Source: Sphingomonas sp. (lineage in GTDB: Bacteria > Pseudomonadota > Alphaproteobacteria > Sphingomonadales > Sphingomonadaceae). From it: a stretch of DNA of 51,836 nt. The translations under genes and the position numbers were made by a program. Below are positions 1-9,713 of the stretch, one piece after another. Position 1 is the first letter of the stretch. Each line of letters opens with the position of its first letter. The stretch lies in assembly GCA_031372155.1 (NCBI GenBank), contig JANMKS010000139.1:1-51836 (forward strand). Direction: 5' to 3'. The notes below the pieces were generated by a model, which had not been told where the DNA came from, searched no databases, and saw nothing but the letters and a program-made list of their open reading frames with translations.

Positions 1-2291
1 GGCGCGCCGACCCCGCCGAACGGTCCGCAATGGCGCGCATCGGCCGGGTGTCGGAAACCGTGCGCATGGAGTCGATGGCCATTGATGGCGCACGGTCCGT
101 TCCGATCGAGTTGAAGGCGGTCGATGCGGCCTATCCGCTGTACGGACAGCTTGGACTCAGCGATGGCCGACACGTTGGAGGCCCGCCGAAGGATCATGCT
201 TGGATCGGGCAGGCGTTGGCCGACAGGCTTCGTGCGCGAACCGGTGACACGATACGGCTCGGCAGTGCGTCGTTTCGCGTCGGCGGCATCATCGCCGACG
301 AACCCGATCGGCTCGGCGAGGGATTCACGCTGGGGCCCGTCGTCATCGTATCGCTCGACGGCTTGGTGCGCACCGGACTCGTGCAGCCCGGCAGCCTCTA
401 CAAATCCAAATATCGCGTCCGCATGACCGGTGGTGATCCAAAGGCAACGGCGGAAGCGTTCGAGCGGCGCTTCTCCGACGCTGGGTGGGAGACGCGCACG
501 CGCGATCGCGCATCGCCCGGCGCCTCGCGCTTCGTCGATCGCATGGGCGAATTCCTGACCCTCGTCGGCCTTGCCGCGCTGGCAATCGCAGGTATCGGCA
601 TCGGCGGCGGCGTATCGAGTTATCTCGCGGCGCGGCGCAACAGTATTGCAACTTTGAAAGTGCTCGGCGCGACGTCCGGCATCGTCACGCGCGTGTACCT
701 TTTTCAGGTTGGCGTGGTGGCGCTTGTCGGCATTGCTTGCGGTCTTGCAGTCGGCATCCTCACCACGCCGTTGCTGGTTGCTTTGGCGGGTCAAGTCCTG
801 CCGGTGGCGCCCGGTTTCGTTGTCCGGCCTCTGCCGCTTGCGCTTTCGGCACTGTATGGTCTGTTGATTGCGCTGGGTGCTGCTGCGGTTCCGTTGGCAT
901 CGGGTGCCGATGTTCCCGCTGCCGCTTTGTTGCGGGGCACCGCGGATGAGCGGAGGTCGACGCCGTGGCGCGCGTTCAGTTGGACTGCGCTTGCCGGCGG
1001 GGGAGTGATTGCAATCGTCTTGTTGACCTCGGCACAACCGCGTTTGAGCATCACATTCTTGGCAAGTACCGCTGCTGCCTTGATCATCCTTGCGGCGCTT
1101 GGTTGGCTCGTTCGGGCCGCTGCCTCGCGCGTGCCCCGCTCGCGCAGTCCGTTGCTCCGGCTTGCGATTGCCGGGCTGCACCGACCCGGCGCGCGCACCG
1201 TATCGCTTGTCGTGGCGCTGGGTCTCGGCCTGACATTATTCGTGCTTCTTGCTGGCGTAAGGACGAGCCTGACCGCCAACATTGCCGGGACTGTTCCTGC
1301 CCGCGCACCCGCGTTATTCGCCCTCGATGTGCCGCGCGAGCGCGCACGCGAATTCGTTCAGGCGATCCGTCGGTCGTCCCCACAAGCGGACGTCGCGACC
1401 GTGCCACTGCTCCGCGGAACCGTCGTGGCCTATGCGCAGACGCGCGTTGCCGATCTCGAGCAGATTCCTGCCGATGCCTTCATCCTGCGCGGTGAGCGCG
1501 GCATTACCTACGCGTCGCGATTGCCCGGCGGATCGACCCTGACTGCGGGGCGGTGGTGGCCCGCGAATTACGTTGGGCCGCCTCTTGTGTCAGTGGAAGC
1601 GGTGCAGGCTAAGGCGCTCGGACTGGCGCTCGGCGACCGCTTGACCGTAAGCGTCCTGGGGCAGGACGTAACCGCTCGGGTTGCATCCTTCCGCACCGTG
1701 CAGTGGGACACGATGGGATTCAACTTCGTGCTCGTGTTTTCGCCCGGCACTTTTGACGAATTCCCGCACAACCTGTCAGCGACGATCAACGTCCCGCCCG
1801 CACGAACACAAGCCGTCATGCGCGCGCTGCTTCCGCGCTTTCCGTCGGTATCCGTGATCGAGGTCGGCGGCGTGCTCAAGCAAGTACAGGAGGTCATCGT
1901 TCAAGTGTCCGCCGCCATTTCCGCAGCCGCGAGTGTCGCGATCCTGGCAGGAATCGCGGTCCTGATCGGTGCCATCACCGCGGCGCGCCAGACACGCACT
2001 TATGATGCGGTGATGCTGAAGGTTCTGGGCGCCACGCGTGCCCAAGTTCTCGGAATGCAAGCGATCGAATACATCGTGTTGAGTGCGATTGTCGCCGCGC
2101 TCGCGCTTGCACTCGGCCTGGGCGGGGCTTGGTATGTCGTGGTAAAATTGTTCGGCTTCGATTGGCTGCCCAACTTCGGAGTGGTCGCGCTCACACTGAG
2201 TGCGGGCGTGGTGCTCACGCTGGTGATAGGTCTCTTAGGGAACTTGCCAATCCTCGCAACACGTCCCGCTCAAGCGCTTCGCAGGTTGTAG
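1..2291 (+). CDS. ABC transporter permease, YbbP/FtsX-like (5'-truncated by window edge)
   Basis: Frame is open from the window start. Two FtsX-type repeats ('IATLKVLGA', 'AVMLKVLGATR'), many TM helices, and 'DEPDRLGEGFTLGP' and 'RTVQWDTMGFNF' motifs typical of YbbP-like permeases. Confidence 0.88.
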   Translation, partial: RADPAERSAMARIGRVSETVRMESMAIDGARSVPIELKAVDAAYPLYGQLGLSDGRHVGGPPKDHAWIGQALADRLRARTGDTIRLGSASFRVGGIIADEPDRLGEGFTLGPVVIVSLDGLVRTGLVQPGSLYKSKYRVRMTGGDPKATAEAFERRFSDAGWETRTRDRASPGASRFVDRMGEFLTLVGLAALAIAGIGIGGGVSSYLAARRNSIATLKVLGATSGIVTRVYLFQVGVVALVGIACGLAVGILTTPLLVALAGQVLPVAPGFVVRPLPLALSALYGLLIALGAAAVPLASGADVPAAALLRGTADERRSTPWRAFSWTALAGGGVIAIVLLTSAQPRLSITFLASTAAALIILAALGWLVRAAASRVPRSRSPLLRLAIAGLHRPGARTVSLVVALGLGLTLFVLLAGVRTSLTANIAGTVPARAPALFALDVPRERAREFVQAIRRSSPQADVATVPLLRGTVVAYAQTRVADLEQIPADAFILRGERGITYASRLPGGSTLTAGRWWPANYVGPPLVSVEAVQAKALGLALGDRLTVSVLGQDVTARVASFRTVQWDTMGFNFVLVFSPGTFDEFPHNLSATINVPPARTQAVMRALLPRFPSVSVIEVGGVLKQVQEVIVQVSAAISAAASVAILAGIAVLIGAITAARQTRTYDAVMLKVLGATRAQVLGMQAIEYIVLSAIVAALALALGLGGAWYVVVKLFGFDWLPNFGVVALTLSAGVVLTLVIGLLGNLPILATRPAQALRRL

Positions 2292-2330
2292 TGCTGACGA
2301 TTTGTTCGGTGCCGTTTTGATGCAGCGGGC

Positions 2331-2348
2331 GCCAAACTGGCGTTTGGC
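2331..2348. other. Short inverted repeat GCCAAAC-tggc-GTTTGGC between the permease and the glycosylation operon
   Basis: Perfect 7-bp stem with a 4-nt loop seen in the sequence. No U-tract, so a terminator role is unproven. Confidence 0.3.
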
Positions 2349-2378
2349 AGCATGGTCTGTCCCCGATATAGGGGCGGC

Positions 2379-3335
2379 ATGGGGCAAGAATTAGTGGAGC
2401 AAACGCGGACGCTTGCCACAGTCGGCGATGACGTCTTTCCGCTCAATGCCGATGACGGCGTTGCCGCAGTATCGGTCGTAATTCCGGCATATAACGAACA
2501 CGCAGCAATTGCCGATACGGTCCGCGATGTGCGGACGGTGTTGGGCGCGGCCGGGATCCCGTGCGAGATAATCGTCGTAAACGATGGGTCGAGCGACGAT
2601 ACATTGGCTGCGGCGCGCGCGACGGGGGCGATCGTCGTGAATTTCCCGCACAATGGCGGCTATGGCCGGGCACTGAAGGCGGGCATTGCGGTTTCGACGG
2701 CGCCCCTCGTGGCCATTCTGGACGCCGATGGGACGTATCCGGCGTCCTATCTGCCCGAAATGATCGGGATGGCCGCCTACAACGACATGGTCGTGGGCGA
2801 CCGTGGCGCGGCCATGAAGGGTGTGCCCCTTGTGCGGAGGCCGGCGAAATGGCTGCTCAACAAGCTCGCCAGCGTTCTCGCGGGGCATCAGATTACCGAC
2901 TTGAACTCAGGCCTGCGTGTTTTCCGGCGCGGTCTGCTCGAACAGTTCGTCCCGCTTTTGCCGAACGCCTTTTCCTTCACGACGACGGTGACGCTCTGCA
3001 TGCTCGCGTCCGGCTCACGGGTTTCGTATCTGCCGATCGAGTATCGCAAACGCGTCGGCCAATCCAAGATCCGCGCGAGCGACTTTTTCAGGTTCGTCTT
3101 TCTCGTTTTCCGGCTCACCGTCTATTTTCAGCCGCTTCGCGTGTTCCTTCCCGCAGGCATGTTTTTGTTCGTGATCGGCTTTCTGAAGTCGCTGTACGAC
3201 GTTTACATCGACAACCTGTCGGAAACGGCAGTTCTCGGTTTGCTTGGCGCGGTGCTGCTGTGGGCATTGGGGCTTCTTGCCGACATGATCGCGCGACTTC
3301 ATCTGCGGCCGCCCAGGAACGTGGGTGCGAGTTGA
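2379..3335 (+). CDS. GT2 glycosyltransferase, DPM-synthase/polyprenol-phosphate type with two C-terminal TM helices
   Basis: SVVIPAYNE, VNDGSSD, GYGRALKAG, DADGTYP, DLNSGLRVFR and IEYRKRVGQSKI motifs; hydrophobic C-terminus. ATG 2379 chosen (2352 is an alternative). Confidence 0.88.
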   Translation: MGQELVEQTRTLATVGDDVFPLNADDGVAAVSVVIPAYNEHAAIADTVRDVRTVLGAAGIPCEIIVVNDGSSDDTLAAARATGAIVVNFPHNGGYGRALKAGIAVSTAPLVAILDADGTYPASYLPEMIGMAAYNDMVVGDRGAAMKGVPLVRRPAKWLLNKLASVLAGHQITDLNSGLRVFRRGLLEQFVPLLPNAFSFTTTVTLCMLASGSRVSYLPIEYRKRVGQSKIRASDFFRFVFLVFRLTVYFQPLRVFLPAGMFLFVIGFLKSLYDVYIDNLSETAVLGLLGAVLLWALGLLADMIARLHLRPPRNVGAS

Positions 3336-4303
3336 GTGCGGTCTCTCAACCACCTGCGGCAAGCCCCGGACGTGGCAAGTTAGTCTGGTCAGTCAGGCTG
3401 ACGGTCAGCGCAGTTGCGCTCGCCACAATCTTTTACCTGATACCTGTCGATAGCGTCACCAATGCAGCGAAGCAGATTTCAGCGCCTTTGTGGGTCGCAG
3501 CTCTTGCCCTGTTCCTTGCGGGACATGCAGCAGCAGCGGCGAAGTGGCGACTGCTGCTTGGCAATGGTATCAGCTATCAACAGGCATTTCGCGCGCACCT
3601 CGCGGGGCTTGCTGCAAATTTGACCCTGCCGGGGGTTGCCGGAGGTGACGTCGTTCGCGCCGCCCTTGCCATGCGAAATACGCAAGACAAGAGCCGGGTC
3701 GTCATCGGGTCCATTTCCGACCGGCTGCTGGATACGCTCGGACTTGCCATTATCGCGCTTGTCGGCGGATATGTTGCCTGGGGGTCGAAGTCGTCCGGCA
3801 CCCAATTGCGCTGGCTTCTACTTGCGGCCGCGGCCGGCTTGATCGGTGCCTTGGCCGCAGCCCCGCTCTTCGACCGGTTGCTTACAAAGCGACCGGCCAT
3901 GGGCAGGATCGGGCGGCTGGCGCAAAAGTTCGTTGCGGTTGCCGCCGACCTTTCACGCCAGCCCGAACGTTTGCTGTTGTGCCTTGTCATTTCAATGGCG
4001 GTGCAGTGCCTGTTCGTCCTGATCAACATCGCGCTGGCCCGGGCGGCTCATGTCGATGCCCCTGTGGCCGCGTGGTTCTTTGCCTGGACCGTCGCGAAAA
4101 TCATCGCGATTGCGCCGATCAGCCTTGGAGGTCTGGGCATTCGCGAAGCGAGTATGGCGAGCCTGCTCAAGCCTTTCGGCGCTGATCCTGCGGGCGTCAT
4201 CGCGACAGGACTGATCTGGCAGTCGGTGCTTTACGCCAGCGGTGCCATCGGCTTGCTGGTGCAAGTCCGTCGGCCATCGCACAACTTGCCCGTGGAACGA
4301 TGA
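3332..4303 (+). CDS. UPF0104 / LPG-synthase-TM family membrane protein (putative flippase)
   Basis: TTG start overlaps the upstream TGA (TTGA). Motifs KWRLLL, NLTLPGVAGGDVVR, SDRLLD, PISLGGLGIRE. The 580-aa ORF-track call is an N-terminal over-extension. Confidence 0.85.
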   Translation: MSAVSQPPAASPGRGKLVWSVRLTVSAVALATIFYLIPVDSVTNAAKQISAPLWVAALALFLAGHAAAAAKWRLLLGNGISYQQAFRAHLAGLAANLTLPGVAGGDVVRAALAMRNTQDKSRVVIGSISDRLLDTLGLAIIALVGGYVAWGSKSSGTQLRWLLLAAAAGLIGALAAAPLFDRLLTKRPAMGRIGRLAQKFVAVAADLSRQPERLLLCLVISMAVQCLFVLINIALARAAHVDAPVAAWFFAWTVAKIIAIAPISLGGLGIREASMASLLKPFGADPAGVIATGLIWQSVLYASGAIGLLVQVRRPSHNLPVER

Positions 4304-5721
4304 AGATGACGCAAGTCGTCGTATTGGGCGCCGGGCCCGCGGGCCTTGGGGCGGCCCTGCTGCTTCGGCGCAGCGGCCGGGCCGAGGTCATCGCGATCGA
4401 GCGGAGCGCGGAAGTGGGCGGCAACTCGGGCAGTTTCGTTCTTGAAGGCATTCACTGCGATTATGGCAGTCATCGCCTGCACCCCGCCAGCGAACCAAAC
4501 ATCCTGAAGCTAATTCAGGACGCCGTCGGCCCTGACCTGCTCTGGCGACCCCGTCATGGCCGTATTCAGCTGAAGGGGCGATGGATACATTTCCCCCTGA
4601 AGCCGGTCGATCTGGCGCTGCGGCTGCCCAAAGCCTTCATCTTGCAAATTCTCTGGGACGCTGCGACGAAAGCGTTTCGGCAACCGCCAGCCGGGGACGC
4701 CACGTTTGCCAGTGTGCTGCTGCGAGGTCTCGGCCCCGCCATGAGCCACAACTTCTATTTTCCGTACATGCGCAAACTTTGGGCGCTTCCGCCCGAGGAA
4801 CTCGCCGTGACGCTTGCCAACCGACGGATTTCGGGAAGTTCGGTAGGCAAGATCATGCGGAAGATCATGAATCAGATACCCGGCCTGAAAAAGCCGCAGA
4901 CCGGCGGCTTCTTTTATCCCAGGAAGGGTTTCGGACAGATCAGTCAGGCGCTTCGCCACGAAGCCGAGCGTCTGGGCGCGGCGTTCGAGATGCAGACCGA
5001 CGTGACTGCGGTTGAACATGATGCTGGGCGTGTCACGGCAGTGCGGGTTCTTCGCGACGGGATCGAGCATCGGCACGCCACCGACCACGTCTGGTCGACC
5101 TTACCCCTCACCACGCTTATTACCTTGATGGAACCGGCTGTCCCGGCAGATGTCAGGGCTGCTGCGGCCAGCATTCGCTCGCGCGGGATGATACTGATCT
5201 ACCTCGTGCTCGAGCAGCAGCAATTTACCGAGTACGATGCGCATTATTTTCCCGACATCGCGATCCCTATCTCGCGGCTCTCGGAGCCGAAGAATTATTC
5301 CGCGAGCACGGCACCCGAAGGCGTGACGGTTCTATGCGCCGAACTTCCGTGCGATCCGCATGAGTCCTACTGGGCAATGTCGGACGATGCGTTGGGGGTA
5401 GAGCTTTGTACTTGGCTGGACGGCGTCGGACTTCCGGTCACGGCGAACGTGCGGCGGACGGTCACGAGACGCCTGAGCCACGCCTACCCGGTCTATGATC
5501 GTAGCTTTGAAGCGCATCTCAGAGTGCTTGATAGCTGGGTGGAAGGCATCGACGGGCTGCTGACTTTCGGTCGTCAGGGACTTTTCGCGCACGACAATAC
5601 GCATCATGCACTGGCGATGGCCGATGGAGCCGTCGACAGCTTGAACGACGATGGTGCGTTCGATCTGGACAAATGGCACGCGCATCGAGCGGTGTTCGAA
5701 ACGCACGTGGTCGAAGACTAA
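4300..5721 (+). CDS. FAD-dependent oxidoreductase (protoporphyrinogen-oxidase / UDP-galactopyranose-mutase-like fold)
   Basis: N-terminal VVLGAGPAGL Rossmann motif, E...VGG, DYGSHR, FFYPRKGFGQ, AYPVY, GRQGLF; ATGA overlap with the upstream gene. Confidence 0.8.
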   Translation: MKMTQVVVLGAGPAGLGAALLLRRSGRAEVIAIERSAEVGGNSGSFVLEGIHCDYGSHRLHPASEPNILKLIQDAVGPDLLWRPRHGRIQLKGRWIHFPLKPVDLALRLPKAFILQILWDAATKAFRQPPAGDATFASVLLRGLGPAMSHNFYFPYMRKLWALPPEELAVTLANRRISGSSVGKIMRKIMNQIPGLKKPQTGGFFYPRKGFGQISQALRHEAERLGAAFEMQTDVTAVEHDAGRVTAVRVLRDGIEHRHATDHVWSTLPLTTLITLMEPAVPADVRAAAASIRSRGMILIYLVLEQQQFTEYDAHYFPDIAIPISRLSEPKNYSASTAPEGVTVLCAELPCDPHESYWAMSDDALGVELCTWLDGVGLPVTANVRRTVTRRLSHAYPVYDRSFEAHLRVLDSWVEGIDGLLTFGRQGLFAHDNTHHALAMADGAVDSLNDDGAFDLDKWHAHRAVFETHVVED

Positions 5722-6482
5722 TGTCCGACCACGCGCTCGTCCTGACTTTTCATTCGATTTCTGACGCAGGAGGCCCGACGAGCATACCCGCCGATGTCTT
5801 TGACATGCAGATGCGGACGCTGGTCGAGGAGGGGTATCAAAGCCAGCGCGTGCAAGACTTCGTCGACTGGCATGGCGGAGAACGGCAAACCGACGCGCCT
5901 GTCCGACACGTTCTCATCACGTTCGACGATGCCTTCGCGGATTTCGCAACAGTCGCAGCGCCGATCCTGAAGCGATATCAATTGACGGCAACGGTCTTCG
6001 TGCCGACCGCGCGCATCGGTCAGGGCGAGGTGTGGAAAGGGGCAAGCGCACCACCCCGGCCGCTGATGAACTGGGAGACAATTCGCGCGCTTTCAGATGA
6101 GGGATTTGAATTCGGCGGACACAGTCGCACGCACGCCGACCTCACTCTGCTCGACGACGACGCGCTCGATCACGAAATCACCGACTGTGCGGCGGAACTT
6201 CGCAAACAGACCGGCACGTCTGCTGATAGTTTCGCAGCACCCTATGGGCGGGTCAACTCGCACGTGATCGAGGCGATTGGGCGCCGTTACGGCGTTGCCT
6301 TTGGCACCCGACTTGCGCGCGTGCGCCGCGGAAGCAAGCGCTTCGACGTTCCCCGCATCGAAATGCATTATTTCCGCGACGAGCGGCACTGGCGCGACCT
6401 GCTGAGGGGCAAGCTGGCATATTTGCGGCTGAGGCAGTCCTTACGAAAAGTCCGTGCCCTCGCGGGAGGTCTGCTTGAGTAA
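5721..6482 (+). CDS. Polysaccharide deacetylase (CE4/NodB-like)
   Basis: LTFHSI, ITFDDA, FGGHSRTHADL, FAAPYG and VPRIE motifs; TAATG overlap gives start 5721. Confidence 0.88.
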   Translation: MSDHALVLTFHSISDAGGPTSIPADVFDMQMRTLVEEGYQSQRVQDFVDWHGGERQTDAPVRHVLITFDDAFADFATVAAPILKRYQLTATVFVPTARIGQGEVWKGASAPPRPLMNWETIRALSDEGFEFGGHSRTHADLTLLDDDALDHEITDCAAELRKQTGTSADSFAAPYGRVNSHVIEAIGRRYGVAFGTRLARVRRGSKRFDVPRIEMHYFRDERHWRDLLRGKLAYLRLRQSLRKVRALAGGLLE

Positions 6483-7227
6483 GGGCGGCATACGCTACCT
6501 GCTCAGTCCTGGTCAGCGGGCTTGGATCGGGAGCTTTCGGCGCAAGTATCGCTTGCAATGGCCGCCGCGCGGAACCGTGTCGTTCGGCGACCTGCGCCGG
6601 ACAACACCGGTCAGCAGCAGCTTCGGCCTCGGCCGCGGACGGGCCATAGACCGCTACTACATCGAAGCGTTCCTGGAATCGAATGCCCACGGTATCCAGG
6701 GCCGCACGCTTGAACTGGGCGACGCGCACTACACCGAAAAATACGGTGCCGGGCGGGTCACTCGGCCCGAAGTGCTGCATTATGTGGAGGGCAATCCGCT
6801 CGCCACGATCGTCGCGGATTTGACTGACGCGCCGCACATCGCATCCGACAGCTTCGATTGTATCATCTTCACGCAAACGCTCCAGATGATCTGGGACATG
6901 AAGGCCGCATTGGCGACGCTTCACCGTATCTTGAAGCCGGGTGGCGTGCTGCTCCTGACGACGTCCGGCATTTCTAAGGTCGGGCGGCGGCTGGGACGCG
7001 ACGACTGGGGAGAATATTGGCGGCTTACGGCGCCTGCGGTCGAGCGGCTGGGCGCCGAATTGTTCCCAGGCTCCAGCGTGGAGGTGACGACCTACGGCAA
7101 CGTTTTGTCGGCATGCGCTTATCTCCAGGGCCTGGCGCAGGAGGAACTCGAACCTGAAGAACTCGATTATGCCGATCCCGACTTCGAAGTGATCATTGGT
7201 GCGCGCATTGTGAAGGCGGCGGCATGA
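6475..7227 (+). CDS. Class I SAM-dependent methyltransferase
   Basis: GGAGG RBS then TTG at 6475. Motifs RGRAIDRYYIE, LELG, FDCIIFTQTL, ILKPGGVLLLT, EYWRLT. Confidence 0.82.
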   Translation: MSKGGIRYLLSPGQRAWIGSFRRKYRLQWPPRGTVSFGDLRRTTPVSSSFGLGRGRAIDRYYIEAFLESNAHGIQGRTLELGDAHYTEKYGAGRVTRPEVLHYVEGNPLATIVADLTDAPHIASDSFDCIIFTQTLQMIWDMKAALATLHRILKPGGVLLLTTSGISKVGRRLGRDDWGEYWRLTAPAVERLGAELFPGSSVEVTTYGNVLSACAYLQGLAQEELEPEELDYADPDFEVIIGARIVKAAA

Positions 7228-8189
7228 AGCGCGCCGTCGTGCTCGACACGTCGATCGCGTCGACCAATATCGGCGACCAGATCATCATGGAAGCCGTGCG
7301 CGACGAGCTTGGCTCGCCGCTCCGCGATGTCTTCACCTCATCGGTTGCGAGTCACGAAACGATGGGCCGCAAGGGGCGCGGACTGGTTCGCTCCGCCGAC
7401 CTGACTGTGGCCGGCGGATCGAATCTGATCGCGTCGCATATCTGGGCTCGATCAGTTTGGCGGCTGAAGCCGATCGACGCATTTACGGGCATGAATGTCG
7501 TCCTGATGGGGGTGGGTTGGTACCAATTCCAGTCGAAGCCCGACCCCTATACGGCATGGCTGCTTCGCCGGGTTCTGCACCCGACCGCGCTCCATTCCGT
7601 GCGCGATGGCTATACAGCGAAGATGCTTGCCTCGATCGGCATTTTCAATTGCATCAACACGGGATGCCCGACGCTGTGGGGACTGACGCCCACGCACTGC
7701 GCCAACTTGCCAAGGGATAAAGGCAAATCGGTCGTCACCACGGTCAATACCTATATAAAGGATGCGGTCGCTGACAGCGCGATGATCCGCCTGCTGCGAC
7801 AGAAATACGATACAATCCACGCCTGGGTGCAGACCGCTGAGGACCATGATTATTTGCGCGATCTTGGCAGCGACATTCAAATAATCGATCCGAGTCTGGC
7901 GGCATTCGACCGGCTGTTACGCGAGAATGCCGACGTGGATTATGTCGGCAACCGGCTTCATGGCGGCATCCGCGCACTTCAGCACGGCCGTCGCGCCATT
8001 ATCGTCGAGATCGACAATCGCGCGGCGGAGATGGGCCGGGACTTTCAACTCCCGACAGTGGCCAGGACAGACTATCATCGGATGTCTGCAATGATCGACG
8101 GACCACTCGACATTGCGGTGCGCCCACCGCTCGACGCCATCGCGCGTTGGAAGGAGCAACTCAGGGTAACACTGGAAACCGGCGCGTGA
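7224..8189 (+). CDS. Polysaccharide pyruvyltransferase family protein
   Basis: NIGDQII, GGSN, MGVG, SVRD, TGCPT and RLHGGI motifs of the PS pyruvyl transferase family; ATGA overlap. Confidence 0.85.
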   Translation: MKRAVVLDTSIASTNIGDQIIMEAVRDELGSPLRDVFTSSVASHETMGRKGRGLVRSADLTVAGGSNLIASHIWARSVWRLKPIDAFTGMNVVLMGVGWYQFQSKPDPYTAWLLRRVLHPTALHSVRDGYTAKMLASIGIFNCINTGCPTLWGLTPTHCANLPRDKGKSVVTTVNTYIKDAVADSAMIRLLRQKYDTIHAWVQTAEDHDYLRDLGSDIQIIDPSLAAFDRLLRENADVDYVGNRLHGGIRALQHGRRAIIVEIDNRAAEMGRDFQLPTVARTDYHRMSAMIDGPLDIAVRPPLDAIARWKEQLRVTLETGA

Positions 8190-9655
8190 GGGTCGAGCGA
8201 AGCGAGGCCCTAACGCTTGGTGCCATCGTTTTGATTGCAGTCGCGACGCGCCTGTTCGCGCTCGATGCAGGTCTCTGGTACGACGAGGTCTATACCTTGA
8301 CGCATTATGTCCGGGAGCCACTCGGCCAGCTGCTCGGCGACTTCTCCTCGCTTAACAACCACATGTTCTACAGCCTGCAGGCAAAGGCAGCGGTCGCGCT
8401 ATTCGGCGAGAGCAACTGGGCGCTGCGTCTCCCCGCGGTCGTCTTCGGCATCGGAAGCATTATCGTGCTTTGGGCAATGGCGCGCGCCACGGCCGGCAGG
8501 GCGGTTGCGCTGTTTGCGACGCTGCTTCTTGCGATATCCTACCATCACGTCTGGTTCTCTCAGAACGCACGCGGTTATACCGGGATGCTCTTCTGGACGA
8601 GCCTCGCTACGCTGCTGTTCATTGCCGGGCTGCGGCAATCGGGGTGGCGCATCTGGTTCGCCTATGGGCTATGTCTCGCCGCAGGTGTCTACACCCATCT
8701 GTCAGCCGGGTTCTTTTTTGCCAGTCACGCCGTCGTCTATGCGATCGCATGGATGACGCGGCGCGCGGGCATGATGGAACCGTATCGAGGGCTGGACGGC
8801 CGCGGCCCGATCCTGGGCTTCGCAACCGGCGGGCTTCTGACCCTCCTCCTGCACCTGCCGTTGCTCGCGCAGGTGGTGGTCGCGGTCAACAAGGTTTCCA
8901 AGAGCGGATCGGGTTCGTCGATGGCCGAATGGGTCGATCCGTTTCGGGCTGTGCGCGAGATCATGTTCAGTATGAGTGCGCTCGGTCCCCTGGCCCCGCT
9001 TGCACTCGGCGGCGGTGTCGCCCTCTTTTTGATCGGCGTGATCGTTCTTTGGCGCAAGGCACCGATATTTGTCGGCATTTACGTGCTCTCGATACCACTG
9101 ACACTCGTGATCTTGCTGACGGTTCAATTCCGCATCTGGCCCCGATATTTCTTCGTCGACATCGGCTTCGTTTTATTGTGCGCCGCGACGGGCGTCCATC
9201 TCGTGTCCGGCTGGGTGGGCGACAAGCTGCGCCGACCGGCCGTGTCCCGCGTTCTCTTCGCTATGGGTGTTGTAATCGCGAGCGCCGCGTCGCTCTTGTT
9301 GCTCACCAGAAATTATGCATATCCCAAGCAGGACTTCGACGGCGCAGTGGCGCTCATCGCGTCAAAAAACAGTGGTCACGACGTCGCGACGTCGTTCGGC
9401 CTCGCAAGCGAGCCCATCCGAACATACTTCGCGCCCAACTGGCCTGTGGTGGCAAGTGCCGACGACCTCGATCGGATTACTGCGGGCAGCAAGTGCGTCT
9501 GGCTCATCACCGCCTTCGACGACCGGGCGCGTCCCGAGCAGAAGGGCACGCTGGACCTCATCAAGCGCAGCTTTACAGTCGAACGGTCATTCGAAGGCAC
9601 TCTGGGCGGAGGGACAGTGCGAGTGTACCGGAAAGGTGCGTCCTGCCGGAATTGA
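8186..9655 (+). CDS. GT-C glycosyltransferase (ArnT/PMT-like)
   Basis: LWYDE in the first periplasmic loop, WALRLP, SQNARGY, WPRYF, many TM segments and a soluble C-terminal tail. GTG start overlaps the upstream TGA. Confidence 0.85.
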   Translation: MRVERSEALTLGAIVLIAVATRLFALDAGLWYDEVYTLTHYVREPLGQLLGDFSSLNNHMFYSLQAKAAVALFGESNWALRLPAVVFGIGSIIVLWAMARATAGRAVALFATLLLAISYHHVWFSQNARGYTGMLFWTSLATLLFIAGLRQSGWRIWFAYGLCLAAGVYTHLSAGFFFASHAVVYAIAWMTRRAGMMEPYRGLDGRGPILGFATGGLLTLLLHLPLLAQVVVAVNKVSKSGSGSSMAEWVDPFRAVREIMFSMSALGPLAPLALGGGVALFLIGVIVLWRKAPIFVGIYVLSIPLTLVILLTVQFRIWPRYFFVDIGFVLLCAATGVHLVSGWVGDKLRRPAVSRVLFAMGVVIASAASLLLLTRNYAYPKQDFDGAVALIASKNSGHDVATSFGLASEPIRTYFAPNWPVVASADDLDRITAGSKCVWLITAFDDRARPEQKGTLDLIKRSFTVERSFEGTLGGGTVRVYRKGASCRN

Positions 9656-9713
9656 GGTAGCGCAGTTCTAACAGATCGCTGCTAAAACAAACTCAGGATT
9701 TCCGCGAAAATGC

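Noticed and set aside
2311-2327. GCCGTTTTGATGCAGCG resembling the tRNA-Gln anticodon arm (possible att remnant)
   Set aside because: Short, mismatched and in the opposite orientation to the tRNA, so not a direct-repeat att site.
2561-3331. N-terminal 257 aa of the 580-aa ORF, suggesting a large fusion protein
   Set aside because: It is an off-frame shadow of the GT2 gene. The real membrane protein starts at TTG 3332, overlapping the GT2 stop.
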